A DNA stretch of 64,000 nt from Bacteroidales bacterium (GTDB lineage: Bacteria; Bacteroidota; Bacteroidia; Bacteroidales; FEN-979): assembly GCA_035403225.1 (NCBI GenBank), contig DAONET010000001.1:52281-116280 (forward strand). The letters are read 5' to 3'. Below the pieces are notes generated by a model. It ran no database searches. It was not told where the DNA came from and saw only the letters and a list, made by a program, of their open reading frames with translations. This document shows, piece by piece, positions 1-9,483 of this stretch (positions within the stretch are counted from its first letter, which is position 1; every line of letters begins with the position of its first letter). The position numbers and the translations under genes are program-made.

Positions 1-143
1 GCGGCATTTGCCACCACCCCGATCTTAGAACCCTTCAGCAGCTTGAGGTATTGACCTGTATTCCCCGCGCCGGGAATAACCTGGGCGCTGCCATGGAAAA
101 CGGGCAGCAACAGTAATCCGATGAAAAAAAGTTTACGTAACAT
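1..143 (-). CDS. 5' fragment of a DUF1343/NamZ-like (exo-beta-N-acetylmuramidase family) secreted protein; continues beyond the window start
   Basis: The reverse-strand ATG at 143..141 translates to MLRKLFFIGLLLLPVFHGSAQVIPGAGNTGQYLKLLKGSKIGVVANA. This is a signal peptide followed by the GA..YL.LLKG..[IV]G.V.N pattern I associate with DUF1343 N-termini. It is truncated, so it is absent from the ORF track. Confidence 0.45.
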   Translation of the reverse strand, partial: MLRKLFFIGLLLLPVFHGSAQVIPGAGNTGQYLKLLKGSKIGVVANA

Positions 144-235
144 AATCAACCTTTACTGCTGCAAAGTTCAACTTTTTTTTGCCGGGTAGACGCTATCCCG
201 TATTTTTTTGAGTTCTTTGCAGTAAAGATCCGTCA

Positions 236-1456
236 TTGAACACAGAATATTTCATTGCCAGGCGAATGGTTTCACGGGGAAGGACAGGCTTTTCCCGCCC
301 TATCGTGTACATTTCGGTCGTCAGCATTGCGTTGGGACTGGCTGTCATGTTCATGTCGATCGTGATCCTGACAGGGTTTCAAAAGGCAATCCGGGAGAAG
401 GTAATTGGTTTTGGCGGGCACATCCAGGTCTCTCATTTCGACCTGACCCAATCGCTGGAGCCCATCCCCCTGACCATCACCCCGGGAATGATGGACTCGC
501 TACGCCGTATCGACGGGGTAACTCATCTGCAGATATTTTCCACCAAAGCAGGCATCATCAAAGCCCATGGAGAGATCCAGGGAGTGGTGCTGAAAGGGGT
601 AGGTCCCGATTACGACTGGTCGTTCTTCCGTGATAAAATGGTTTCAGGGAATGTCTGCTCCATCCCCGATACCGGGAAAAGCGACCAGGTCATCCTGTCG
701 AAGACCATGGCAGACCTGCTGAAACTCAAGACCGGCGACAATCTCCGGATGTATTTCATCTCGGGCGAGAATGTGCTGGGACGGAAGTTTCTCATCTCCG
801 GGATTTACAATTCGGGGATGGAAGATTTTGATAAAATGTATGTGATCGGCGACATCCGTCACATCCAGAAAATAAACCGGTGGGAACCCAACCAGGTCGG
901 CGGGGTTGAGATCCTGATCAATGATTTCGACCGGCTGGACCAGATCGGTGACGAAGTGTACCGCAACATCGGGTATTCCATGAACTCCTCGACCATTCGT
1001 CAGCTATACCCCCAGATCTTCGACTGGCTTGACCTGCAAGACATGAATGTCGTCATCATCCTTGTGCTGATGATCATGGTCTCGGGCATCACCATGATCT
1101 CCACCCTGCTGATCATGGTTCTGGAACGAACCCGCATGATAGGTGTCCTCAAGGCTCTCGGGATGCGAAACAAAGGAATCCGGAAGATCTTCCTGTACAA
1201 CTCGGTCTTTATCACCGGCGCCGGTGTCATCCTGGGAAATATCATCGGCTTCACCCTTTCGATCCTGCAACTCCGTTTCGGTTTCCTCAAACTACCGGTT
1301 GAATCGTATTATGTCTCGGTGGTTCCGATTAACCTGAACTGGTTTCACCTCCTGACCCTCAATGTAGCCACGATGGTAGTATGTTTTCTGATGCTCATCA
1401 TCCCATCGATGATCGTCACCCGGGTGACGCCGGTAAAAGCGATCCGGTTCGATTGA
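236..1456 (+). CDS. FtsX/LolC/LolE-family ABC transporter permease (lipoprotein-release-like)
   Basis: 406-aa ORF with a TTG start. It has the N-terminal FIARR..SR motif plus TM1, a large periplasmic loop, and a C-terminal 3-TM FtsX domain (ERTRMIGVLKALGMRNKGIRKIF). Confidence 0.8.
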   Translation: MNTEYFIARRMVSRGRTGFSRPIVYISVVSIALGLAVMFMSIVILTGFQKAIREKVIGFGGHIQVSHFDLTQSLEPIPLTITPGMMDSLRRIDGVTHLQIFSTKAGIIKAHGEIQGVVLKGVGPDYDWSFFRDKMVSGNVCSIPDTGKSDQVILSKTMADLLKLKTGDNLRMYFISGENVLGRKFLISGIYNSGMEDFDKMYVIGDIRHIQKINRWEPNQVGGVEILINDFDRLDQIGDEVYRNIGYSMNSSTIRQLYPQIFDWLDLQDMNVVIILVLMIMVSGITMISTLLIMVLERTRMIGVLKALGMRNKGIRKIFLYNSVFITGAGVILGNIIGFTLSILQLRFGFLKLPVESYYVSVVPINLNWFHLLTLNVATMVVCFLMLIIPSMIVTRVTPVKAIRFD

Positions 1457-1462
1457 GAAGGA

Positions 1463-2173
1463 TTATTTCCCGGCCCTGACGTGAAGGCCGCATTCGCGCT
1501 TTGTTCCCTCTTCCCACCACCATCTTCCCGACCGGGTATCTTCTCCCGTCTCCACAGCTCTTGTGCAGGGTTGACATCCGATGCTGGGGTACTTTTTATC
1601 ATGCAACGGGTTATACGGAACCTTGTTTTCACGGATATATTCCCATACCTGTTCATCCGTCCAGGTAAGCAAGGGATAGACCTTCAGCACGTCGTGTTCT
1701 TCATCCCATTCAGCAAGTTCTAACCCGGAACGGTTCTCGGATTGTTCATGCCGAAGCCCGCAGATCCATATCTCCGCATCTTTCAGGGCCTTCTTCAGCG
1801 GCTCTGTTTTGCGGACAGCACAGCATAGTTGCCGGTTTGCGAGGCTATCATAAAACAGGTTGATCCCCTTTTCCGTCACCATTTTCTGAAGAGAAACCGC
1901 ATCGGGATAATAAACTTCGATAGGATATTGGTATTTTTTTACGGTGATATCCAGCAACTCATAGGTTTCGGGGAAGAGTCTTCCGGTATCGAGGGTAAAT
2001 ATCCTGACAGGCAGTTTCCGCTCAACGATCATGTGGGTGATCACCTGGTCATCGGCGCCCAGACTTGTGGAAAATACGGTCTTCCCCGGGTACCTGGCTG
2101 AAAAAAATTCCAGTATCTCGGCGGGAGAAAGGTGTCTCAATTCTTCGTTGTAATTCATCATGTTCGTCGGCAT
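1463..2173 (-). CDS. cysH: Assimilatory (P)APS reductase CysH, Fe-S (APS reductase) type
   Basis: 236 aa with a PAPS-reductase fold and the C-terminal ECGLH signature. A CC pair (RQLCCAVRK) plus CxxC (GCQPCT) is typical of the 4Fe-4S APS-reductase subgroup. Confidence 0.85.
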   Translation of the reverse strand: MPTNMMNYNEELRHLSPAEILEFFSARYPGKTVFSTSLGADDQVITHMIVERKLPVRIFTLDTGRLFPETYELLDITVKKYQYPIEVYYPDAVSLQKMVTEKGINLFYDSLANRQLCCAVRKTEPLKKALKDAEIWICGLRHEQSENRSGLELAEWDEEHDVLKVYPLLTWTDEQVWEYIRENKVPYNPLHDKKYPSIGCQPCTRAVETGEDTRSGRWWWEEGTKRECGLHVRAGK

Positions 2174-2191
2174 GTTCCCATCTTTCTATTG

Positions 2192-2199
2192 CAAAATTA
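2192..2199 (-). promoter_or_regulatory. Bacteroidota -7 promoter box TAATTTTG for cysH
   Basis: The reverse complement of caaaatta matches TAnnTTTG, 18 nt upstream of the cysH start codon. Confidence 0.5.
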
Positions 2200-2211
2200 C
2201 AGAAAAGAAGA

Positions 2212-2219
2212 TACTTTTG
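2212..2219 (+). promoter_or_regulatory. Bacteroidota -7 promoter box TACTTTTG for mpl
   Basis: Exact TAnnTTTG match, 17 nt upstream of ATG 2237. Confidence 0.55.
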
Positions 2220-2236
2220 AACCATAACCCCATACT

Positions 2237-3577
2237 ATGAACGTACACTTCATCGCCATCGGCGGAAGCGCCATGCACAACCTGGCCATCGCCCTTCATC
2301 ATAAAGGATATACCGTCACCGGATCGGATGACGAAATCTTTGAGCCATCCAAGACACGGTTGGCTTCGCTCGGCCTTCTTCCGCCCACGGAAGGCTGGGA
2401 TCCGTCGCGTATTCATCCCGGGCTTGACGCTGTGATCCTTGGCATGCACGCGAAGAAAGACAATCCCGAATTGATGAGGGCCGTCGAACTGGGTCTGAAG
2501 ATCTTCTCATACCCTGAATATCTGTATGAACAGTCGAAGAACAAACAGCGGATCGTTATCGGCGGGAGTCATGGCAAAACGACCATCACCGCAATGATCC
2601 TGCATGTCCTGAAAGCGAATAACGTGGATTGCGATTACATGGTCGGCGCTCAGCTGGAAGGGTTCGACGTGATGGTGAAACTCACGGAAGAGGCTCCTTA
2701 TATGATCATCGAAGGAGATGAATACCTCACCTCCCCCATCGATCCGCGTCCGAAGTTCCATCTCTACAAGCCGGATATCGCCCTGCTGAGTGGCATCGGA
2801 TGGGATCATATCAATGTTTTCCCCACCTTCGAAAACTACGTGGAACAGTTTACGACGTTCATCGGGAAGATCACTCCGGGAGGGTCACTGATCTTCTGTG
2901 AGAACGATCCCGTGCTGAAATCCATTGCGCTGGACACGCGCGACGACATTGAGAACCTCCCGTACGGTCTGCCCGATTTTGTGGTGGAAAACGGCGTCAC
3001 CAGCGTGCTGAAGGGGAGTAAACGATATCCCTTGCAGATCTTTGGAAAACACAACCTCATGAACATGGAAGGAGCGCGGCTGGTGTGTCTTCACCTGGGC
3101 ATCACCAACGAAGCTTTCATGAACGCGATCACTACCTTCAAAGGAGCGTCCAAACGGCTTGAGCTGATCAGGAAAGATGACGATGTCACTATTTTCAAGG
3201 ATTTCGCTCATGCTCCTTCCAAGGTTCAGGCCACCATCAATGCCGTGAAAGAGCAATATCCCGGACAAAAACTTATTGCGTGCCTGGAGTTGCACACCTA
3301 CAGCAGTCTGAGTGAAGGATTTCTGTCCCATTATTCCGGGTCGATGGATCAGGCCGACCGGGCCCTTGTCTATTTCAATCCCCATGCTCTCCGGTTAAAG
3401 CGACTTCCCGATATCACGGCAGAGCAGATCAGGGAAGGTTTTCAGCGCAACGACCTGGAAGTATACAATGACTCCTCGCAGCTGCAGCAACGCCTCCGCG
3501 AGGAGCATAAAAATGGTAACATCTTTCTGATGATGAGTTCCGGCGATTTCGACGGAATGAACCTGGCTATTCTTTAG
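2237..3577 (+). CDS. mpl: Mur ligase family protein, Mpl-like UDP-N-acetylmuramate:tripeptide ligase
   Basis: 446 aa. It has an N-terminal Rossmann-type [10 protein letters not shown] motif, the Mur ligase P-loop GGSHGKTT, and central and C-terminal Mur ligase domains. Confidence 0.7.
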   Translation: MNVHFIAIGGSAMHNLAIALHHKGYTVTGSDDEIFEPSKTRLASLGLLPPTEGWDPSRIHPGLDAVILGMHAKKDNPELMRAVELGLKIFSYPEYLYEQSKNKQRIVIGGSHGKTTITAMILHVLKANNVDCDYMVGAQLEGFDVMVKLTEEAPYMIIEGDEYLTSPIDPRPKFHLYKPDIALLSGIGWDHINVFPTFENYVEQFTTFIGKITPGGSLIFCENDPVLKSIALDTRDDIENLPYGLPDFVVENGVTSVLKGSKRYPLQIFGKHNLMNMEGARLVCLHLGITNEAFMNAITTFKGASKRLELIRKDDDVTIFKDFAHAPSKVQATINAVKEQYPGQKLIACLELHTYSSLSEGFLSHYSGSMDQADRALVYFNPHALRLKRLPDITAEQIREGFQRNDLEVYNDSSQLQQRLREEHKNGNIFLMMSSGDFDGMNLAIL

Positions 3578-5253
3578 CTGTTCATAGAGATCAGGAACTC
3601 CTCGTTGGTATTGGTGAATTTCATCTTTTCCTTGAGGAATTCCATGGCTTCAAGCGGGTTCATATCGGCCAGGTGGTTCCGGAGGATCCAGATACGCTGG
3701 AGGACATCCTTTTCAAGCAGGAGATCTTCGCGGCGGGTGCTGGAAGCGACGATATCGACAGCCGGCCAGATACGTTTATTGGAGAGTTTCCGGTCGAGCT
3801 GGAGTTCCATGTTCCCGGTACCTTTGAATTCTTCGAAGATGACTTCGTCCATTTTAGATCCGGTGTCGATCAGGGCAGTGGCGATAATGGTCAGTGAGCC
3901 GCCGTTTTCGATCTGACGGGCTGCGCCAAAGAACCGTTTCGGCTTTTGCAGTGCGTTGGCTTCCACCCCGCCTGATAGTACCTTACCCGATGCAGGAGCC
4001 ACGGTGTTGTAGGCGCGGGCCAGACGGGTGATGGAGTCAAGCAGGATGACCACATCGTGTCCGCATTCCACCAGCCGTTTTGCTTTTTCCAGCACGATGT
4101 TCGAGATACGGGCATGGCGTTCGGCCGGTTCATCAAAGGTAGAGGCGATCACTTCCGCCTTAACACTCCGTTGCATGTCGGTCACTTCTTCCGGACGTTC
4201 ATCAATCAGAAGTACGATCATGTAAACATCGGGATGATTCGCGGCAATGGCGTTGGCGATCTCTTTCAGGAGGACCGTCTTACCGGTTTTCGGCTGAGCG
4301 ACGATCAATCCGCGCTGGCCGAAGCCGATGGGAGCAAACATGTCGATGATACGGGTTGACATGGAATCCTGTTTGTGACCTGTCAGCCGGAATTTTTTCA
4401 TCGGGAAGAGCGGGGTCAAAAAATCGAAGGGGATCCTGTCCCTGACTTCTTCGGGGGTGCGGCCGTTGATCAGGTCAACCTTGATGAGGGGAAAATATTT
4501 TTCGCCTTCTTTCGGCGGACGAATCGTTCCCCGAACGGTGTCTCCGGTTTTCAGTCCGAAGAGTTTGATCTGGGACTGTGACACATAAATATCATCGGGG
4601 GAATTGAGGTAGTTGTAATCGGAAGAGCGAAGGAATCCGTAGCCGTCCTGCATGATCTCGAGGACGCCTTCGCTGGTGATGATCCCGTCGAATTCAAACG
4701 AATATTCTTCGCGTTTGGGTTCCTGGGGTTTTCTTGGGAACTCACGATGACCGTGACGTTCTTCACTTTGCGGAGCCGGATGCGGCGTTTGGACAGGTTT
4801 TTCCTGAACTTCGGGCGTCACCGGTGCGGCAGGAACGACCTCTGCTGTTTCTTCGATCACCGGTTCGACCGGCAAAACTTCGGCAGCCGGTTTATGATTG
4901 TTCTCAAACAAATCAAACGAGGCAACAGGTTCCGCCATTTTGGGCGCAGGTGGTTCAACAGGTGCAGGCTTGGGGGTTTCCGGCAACGGCGTCACCTGCC
5001 GATCCTGAACCGGTTTGGGTCTCGGTTCTTCTTTACGGGGTCTGCCCGGTCTCCGGTGTGGGCGAAAGTCTTTTTTATTCTCCCTCTTTTCTGTATCCAG
5101 AACCTCCTGTGGTGGATTAAGTGCCTGGAAATCAAGGATTTTGTATATCAGCTCTTGTTTATCGAGCCGATCTACCTTCGGGATATTAAGTTTTCTGGCT
5201 ATCTCACGGATTTCGGACAGCTCCATCCCGTCTAAGGAAATAATGTTGTACAT
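3574..5253 (-). CDS. rho: Transcription termination factor Rho with a ~140-aa N-terminal insertion domain
   Basis: 559 aa. It has the Rho_N helix bundle ([15 protein letters not shown]), the OB-fold RNA-binding motif ([14 protein letters not shown]), Walker A (QPKTGKT) and Walker B ([14 protein letters not shown]). A P/E/K-rich insert separates the N-terminal bundle from the OB fold. Confidence 0.95.
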   Translation of the reverse strand: MYNIISLDGMELSEIREIARKLNIPKVDRLDKQELIYKILDFQALNPPQEVLDTEKRENKKDFRPHRRPGRPRKEEPRPKPVQDRQVTPLPETPKPAPVEPPAPKMAEPVASFDLFENNHKPAAEVLPVEPVIEETAEVVPAAPVTPEVQEKPVQTPHPAPQSEERHGHREFPRKPQEPKREEYSFEFDGIITSEGVLEIMQDGYGFLRSSDYNYLNSPDDIYVSQSQIKLFGLKTGDTVRGTIRPPKEGEKYFPLIKVDLINGRTPEEVRDRIPFDFLTPLFPMKKFRLTGHKQDSMSTRIIDMFAPIGFGQRGLIVAQPKTGKTVLLKEIANAIAANHPDVYMIVLLIDERPEEVTDMQRSVKAEVIASTFDEPAERHARISNIVLEKAKRLVECGHDVVILLDSITRLARAYNTVAPASGKVLSGGVEANALQKPKRFFGAARQIENGGSLTIIATALIDTGSKMDEVIFEEFKGTGNMELQLDRKLSNKRIWPAVDIVASSTRREDLLLEKDVLQRIWILRNHLADMNPLEAMEFLKEKMKFTNTNEEFLISMNS

Positions 5254-5320
5254 TTAATAAGGGTTATGATTATTATGGAAAGAAAATATGGGGGACCTAT
5301 AAATGAGGAAAATCTCGGGA

Positions 5321-5328
5321 CAAAGATA
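5321..5328 (-). promoter_or_regulatory. Bacteroidota -7 promoter box TATCTTTG for rho
   Basis: The reverse complement of caaagata matches TAnnTTTG, 67 nt upstream of the rho ATG. This implies a moderately long leader. Confidence 0.5.
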
Positions 5329-5401
5329 TGAAATAATCCGTAAACTTCAAACTTTCTGAAATCTTTTCTAATTTCGCAACAAAGAAAGTAAACGTAAAAA
5401 T

Positions 5402-5878
5402 ATGATCCAGCGTATTCAAACCCTCTATCTTTTTCTGGCTGTTGTTGCCGGTATTTTATTGTTTTTCTTCCCGATAGCCACCTTTTATAATGATCTGACC
5501 GGAAATTACCGGTTTTTGATTACTGGTATAGAGTCGATGGATCCGACGCCGAAAATCAATTTCAGTTTCTGGTTCACTTCGCCGTTATGGTTTATTAACG
5601 GAGCCATGATCATTTTGACGCTTATCACCATCTTCCTTTATAAAAACAGGATCTTGCAGATGCGCATGGTAGCTTTCGACATCCTGTGTAATATTCTGAT
5701 CATTGTGATGGTCTTTTTCTTCTATACCAATAAAATTGAAGAATATACACAGATTGAAGCCAGTTTCCGTCACATCGGGGTGATCTTTCCCTTACTCTCC
5801 CTGATTTTCCTGGTGCTGGCCAATCAAGGTATCCGCAAGGATATTTCGAAAGTGAAAGCAGCCGACCGGTTGCGTTGA
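5402..5878 (+). CDS. DUF4293-like small integral membrane protein
   Basis: 158 aa with 4-5 predicted TM helices. The N-terminus MIQRIQTLYLFLA and the position beside rho match my recollection of the Bacteroidota DUF4293 family. Confidence 0.55.
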   Translation: MIQRIQTLYLFLAVVAGILLFFFPIATFYNDLTGNYRFLITGIESMDPTPKINFSFWFTSPLWFINGAMIILTLITIFLYKNRILQMRMVAFDILCNILIIVMVFFFYTNKIEEYTQIEASFRHIGVIFPLLSLIFLVLANQGIRKDISKVKAADRLR

Positions 5879-5886
5879 TGCTGTTT

Positions 5887-6381
5887 TTATTTTCTGGGGA
5901 TATCGATCACTTCCATTTCTTTCATCTGATCACCGTCGATCACGAACCTGACGGCGGTAATGGATTGATGGAATCCCGAATTCCCGGCAGCTCCCGGATT
6001 AACGGTCAGCATAGCGTATTTACGGTCATACATGACTTTCAGAATATGTGAATGACCGCAAACGAATAACTTCGGCCGAACGGTTTCGATGATTGATTTG
6101 GCCTTCCGGTCGTAACGTCCGGGGTAACCGCCGATATGGATCATCACCACTTTTACACCCTCCACGGTAAAGACGAGGCTCTCGCGGCAGGCGAACCGTA
6201 TTTCTTTCCCGTCCATGTTCCCATACACTGCCCGCAGTGGTTTCAGGGCGGCCAGCTGGTCATGGATCCCGATATCTCCGATGTCTCCCGCATGCCAGAT
6301 CTCATCCACGGGGGTAAAAAAATTGAGCACGCCGGGATTCAGCGAGCCATGCGTGTCAGATAATATTCCGATCCTTTTCAT
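5887..6381 (-). CDS. YfcE/MJ0936-type metallophosphoesterase
   Basis: Metallophosphatase motifs are present: ILSDTHG, AGDIGD, GNMDG, GHSH. I chose the start at MKRIGILSD (6381) rather than the track start at 6417, because a TTCCTTTG promoter-like box lies inside the longer version. Confidence 0.8.
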   Translation of the reverse strand: MKRIGILSDTHGSLNPGVLNFFTPVDEIWHAGDIGDIGIHDQLAALKPLRAVYGNMDGKEIRFACRESLVFTVEGVKVVMIHIGGYPGRYDRKAKSIIETVRPKLFVCGHSHILKVMYDRKYAMLTVNPGAAGNSGFHQSITAVRFVIDGDQMKEMEVIDIPRK

Positions 6382-6501
6382 AATAAATTTTGCTGCGCAA
6401 AGGAACAAAAGGTTCACCGAACCGGCGTCATTGTGAATAAAATTATTCTGAAGAAACCGGCGAATTACTAATTTTACACATCGATCAATTCCATTCCCGC
6501 G

Positions 6502-7830
6502 ATGTCTGAAATATTACTCATCATCATCCTGGTTGTCATGGTGACAGCCTTTGTCCTTTTATTGTTCCGGATTAAGCCCGCGAAGGTGGACACCTCTGCA
6601 ATCTCCGGACTGGAAACAGAGAAAAAGGTCCTGGAAGAACGGCTCCGGATGACGGAAGAGCAGTCGGGCGTACAGGCCGCCACGGTGAAAGAAAAAGAGT
6701 CGCACATCAATGAACTGAACGGGGTCATTTCACGGAAAGAGGCGGAATTGAGCGCCCTGAAAGAAAAATATTCACAATATCGTTCCGAAGTAGAAAGCCT
6801 GCAGGAAAGATTTAAAATTGAATTCAAGAACCTGGCAAATGATATCCTGGAGGAAAAAACGCAGAAATTCACCGACCAGAACCGTACGCGCCTGGATGAG
6901 ATACTGAAGCCTCTCGGGGAAAAGATCCGTGAATTTGAGAAGAAGGTAGATGACACTTACGATAAAGAGTCAAAACAACGTTTTTCGCTGGAAAAAGAGA
7001 TCCAGCGGCTGGCAGAAATGAACCAACAGATCAGCACGGAGGCCAATAACCTCACCAAGGCGCTGAAGGGACAAGCCAAGACGCAAGGCAACTGGGGAGA
7101 AATGATCCTGGAAAGCATCCTCGAAAAATCGGGGTTGGTCAGGGACCGGGAATATTTTGTCCAGGCATCGTTCACCAACGAACATGGCCGGCGGATGCAA
7201 CCCGATGTCATCATCGCCTATCCCGGCGACCGTCAGGTGGTGATCGACGCCAAGGTATCGCTCAATGCTTATGAACGATACGCCTCGGCCGAAACAAAAG
7301 AGGAACAGGACGCTGCTGCACGCGACCATCTTATTTCCGTCAAAAACCATATCAACGAACTAAGCGGGAAGAACTACCAGGATCTGTACCAACTCCGCAC
7401 GCTCGATTTTGTGATGATGTTTATGCCGGTCGAGCCCGCTTACATGCTGGCCATGCAGCAGGATCCGTCATTATGGTCTACCGCCTACGACAAGCGTATC
7501 CTGCTCATCAGCCCCACCAACCTTATCACGGCCGTGAGGATGATCGCCAACCTGTGGCGGGTGGAGTATCAGAATAAAAATGCCCAGGAAATTGCCCGCC
7601 AGAGCGGTGATCTGTTTGATAAGTTTGTCAATTTTGTGGACGACCTGACCGACATCGGGAAAAAGATCGATGCCACGAAACAGAGCTATGAATCGGCCCA
7701 GAACAAACTGATCTCCGGGAAAGGAAACCTGGTGAGAAGAGCGGAAAAGATCCGTGAACTCGGCGCGAAGACTTCCAAGGAGTTCCCGAAGAGTCTGACG
7801 GATAAAATGGAAGAAGAACCAACATCATAA
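6502..7830 (+). CDS. rmuC: DNA recombination protein RmuC
   Basis: 442 aa with an N-terminal TM helix, a long coiled coil, and the C-terminal RmuC nuclease-like domain (PDVIIAYPGDRQVVIDAKVSL..MFMP.E). Confidence 0.9.
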   Translation: MSEILLIIILVVMVTAFVLLLFRIKPAKVDTSAISGLETEKKVLEERLRMTEEQSGVQAATVKEKESHINELNGVISRKEAELSALKEKYSQYRSEVESLQERFKIEFKNLANDILEEKTQKFTDQNRTRLDEILKPLGEKIREFEKKVDDTYDKESKQRFSLEKEIQRLAEMNQQISTEANNLTKALKGQAKTQGNWGEMILESILEKSGLVRDREYFVQASFTNEHGRRMQPDVIIAYPGDRQVVIDAKVSLNAYERYASAETKEEQDAAARDHLISVKNHINELSGKNYQDLYQLRTLDFVMMFMPVEPAYMLAMQQDPSLWSTAYDKRILLISPTNLITAVRMIANLWRVEYQNKNAQEIARQSGDLFDKFVNFVDDLTDIGKKIDATKQSYESAQNKLISGKGNLVRRAEKIRELGAKTSKEFPKSLTDKMEEEPTS

Positions 7831-7845
7831 TAAAAACCGGATAAT

Positions 7846-8586
7846 TTGAAACAAAAAAACTTCATTTTCGGCATCCGCCCGGTGATCGAGGCGATCCTTT
7901 CAGGGAAAGAGATAGAGAAGCTCCTTCTTCAGAAAGGACTGAGGGGCGAGGGATTTCGTGAGTTGTTCAAACTCTGCCAGGAACTGGAAATTCATTTTCA
8001 GTTTGTTCCTGCAGAAAAGCTGAACGCTCTCTCGAAACAAAACCACCAGGGAGTCATCGCCTATATTTCAGATGTAGTCTACCAACGGCTGGAAGACATC
8101 ATCCCGTTTGTCTATGAGCAGGGGCGTCCGCCGCTGATCCTCATCCTCGACCGCATCACGGATGTGAGGAATATGGGAGCCATTGCCCGGACGGCCGAAT
8201 GTGCCGGGGTGGATGCGCTGGTGGTCCCTGTTCAGGGATCCGCCCAGATCAACTCCGAAGCCATCAAAACCTCGGCCGGTGCGCTGTACAAGCTTCCGGT
8301 ATGCCGCAGCCGTAACCTGAAAGACGAGCTCCAGCTCCTGAAAGCGAGCGGTGTCCGGATTATCGCAGCCACCGAGAAAGGAGAAAAGGAGCATACCGAT
8401 GTGGATATGTCGGGCCCGGTAGCGATCATCCTGGGGAACGAAGGAACCGGCATTGCGAAAGAGCTGCTGACGCTGGCCGATGAACAAGTCTTCATCCCCG
8501 TTCTCGGCGAGATCGGATCACTCAATGTCAGCGTTGCCACCGGAGTGATCCTGTACGAGGCCGTGAGACAACGCCGACCTGAATAA
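7846..8586 (+). CDS. rlmB: 23S rRNA (Gm2251) 2'-O-methyltransferase RlmB / SpoU-TrmH family
   Basis: 246 aa with a TTG start. It has an N-terminal SpoU substrate-binding domain (IFGIRPVIEAI) and the SpoU methylase motifs (LDRITDVRNMGAIARTAE, ILGNEGTGI, IPVLGEIGSLNVSVA). Confidence 0.8.
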   Translation: MKQKNFIFGIRPVIEAILSGKEIEKLLLQKGLRGEGFRELFKLCQELEIHFQFVPAEKLNALSKQNHQGVIAYISDVVYQRLEDIIPFVYEQGRPPLILILDRITDVRNMGAIARTAECAGVDALVVPVQGSAQINSEAIKTSAGALYKLPVCRSRNLKDELQLLKASGVRIIAATEKGEKEHTDVDMSGPVAIILGNEGTGIAKELLTLADEQVFIPVLGEIGSLNVSVATGVILYEAVRQRRPE

Positions 8587-8593
8587 TCAACCC

Positions 8594-8797
8594 ATGTACA
8601 TCCTTAAAATACAAGGTACCGATAAAATACCCGATTTCGTTCAGATACGTGACGATCGTTTTAAGCTGATCGCTTATTTCAAGGTCAGCAGTCCCCGCAG
8701 AGCCCTTAAGCGGTGCGGTCTGGAAGAAAAGGCCGGCATGGTGATGGAGATCGTGCACACCCTGCCGTACGGGAAAATCCGTAAACTTGATTTATAA
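8594..8797 (+). CDS. Hypothetical small protein (67 aa)
   Basis: This is the only ORF filling the 222-nt gap between rlmB and ftsE. It has an ATG start, and its stop lies 11 nt before the ftsE ATG. I recognise no family motif. Confidence 0.3.
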   Translation: MYILKIQGTDKIPDFVQIRDDRFKLIAYFKVSSPRRALKRCGLEEKAGMVMEIVHTLPYGKIRKLDL

Positions 8798-8808
8798 CTA
8801 CCTTTCTT

Positions 8809-9483
8809 ATGGAAAAAGAGCTCATCATTCTCCTCGATAAAGTGTCTGTTTACCAGAACGAGAACCTGATCCTTGCCAACGTCTCGCTGACCGTCGGCAA
8901 AGGAGAGTTCGTTTATATGATCGGTAAGACCGGGAGCGGGAAAAGCAGTCTCCTCCGGATCCTGTATGCCGACCTGCCGGTGAAAAACGGGGTTGCCGGT
9001 GTCGCCGGCTACGACCTGCGCAAGCTGAAAAAACGCGACATCCCCTATCTGAGAAGGAAGCTCGGGATCGTCTTTCAGGATTTTCAACTTCTCATGGACC
9101 GTACCGTGAACGAGAATCTCTTGTTCGTGATGAAAGCCACCGGATGGAAAGACAAGGTCATGATGCAGGAGAAACTGATGGAATTGCTGGCGAAAGTCGA
9201 CCTGGCTACCAAAGGGAACAAGATGCCCCATCAGTTATCGGGCGGGGAGCAACAGCGGGTAGCTATCGCCCGGGCGCTGGTCAATGACCCGGAGGTCATC
9301 CTGGCAGACGAGCCGACAGGAAACCTGGATCCGGAAAGTTCTGAAGATATCATCAGCCTGTTGATGGACATCGCAAAAACAGGGCGGGCTGTAATCGTGG
9401 CAACCCACGACTACAGCCTGCTCAATAAATACCCTTCCCGAACGATCAGTTGCGAGAACGGCGTGGTAGTTTCAATCAATTAG
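8809..9483 (+). CDS. ftsE: FtsE-like ABC transporter ATP-binding protein
   Basis: 224 aa with Walker [10 protein letters not shown], the ABC signature LSGGEQQRV and Walker [12 protein letters not shown]. Size and sequence are typical of FtsE. Confidence 0.8.
   Translation: MEKELIILLDKVSVYQNENLILANVSLTVGKGEFVYMIGKTGSGKSSLLRILYADLPVKNGVAGVAGYDLRKLKKRDIPYLRRKLGIVFQDFQLLMDRTVNENLLFVMKATGWKDKVMMQEKLMELLAKVDLATKGNKMPHQLSGGEQQRVAIARALVNDPEVILADEPTGNLDPESSEDIISLLMDIAKTGRAVIVATHDYSLLNKYPSRTISCENGVVVSIN

Noticed and set aside
121-189. A short plus-strand ORF starting at ATG 121 (MKKSLRNIINLYCCKVQLFFAG).
   Set aside because: It is 22 aa long and overlaps the N-terminus and promoter of the better-supported minus-strand DUF1343-like gene. 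It has no supporting signal.
152-227. An inverted repeat, ctttactgc(tgc)aaag / ctttgcagtaaag, in the first intergenic region.
   Set aside because: Each arm sits about 8-9 nt upstream of one of the two divergent start codons and contains a CTTTG core. The two arms are most simply the two divergent -7-like promoter/leader elements, not a dedicated operator or mobile-element end.
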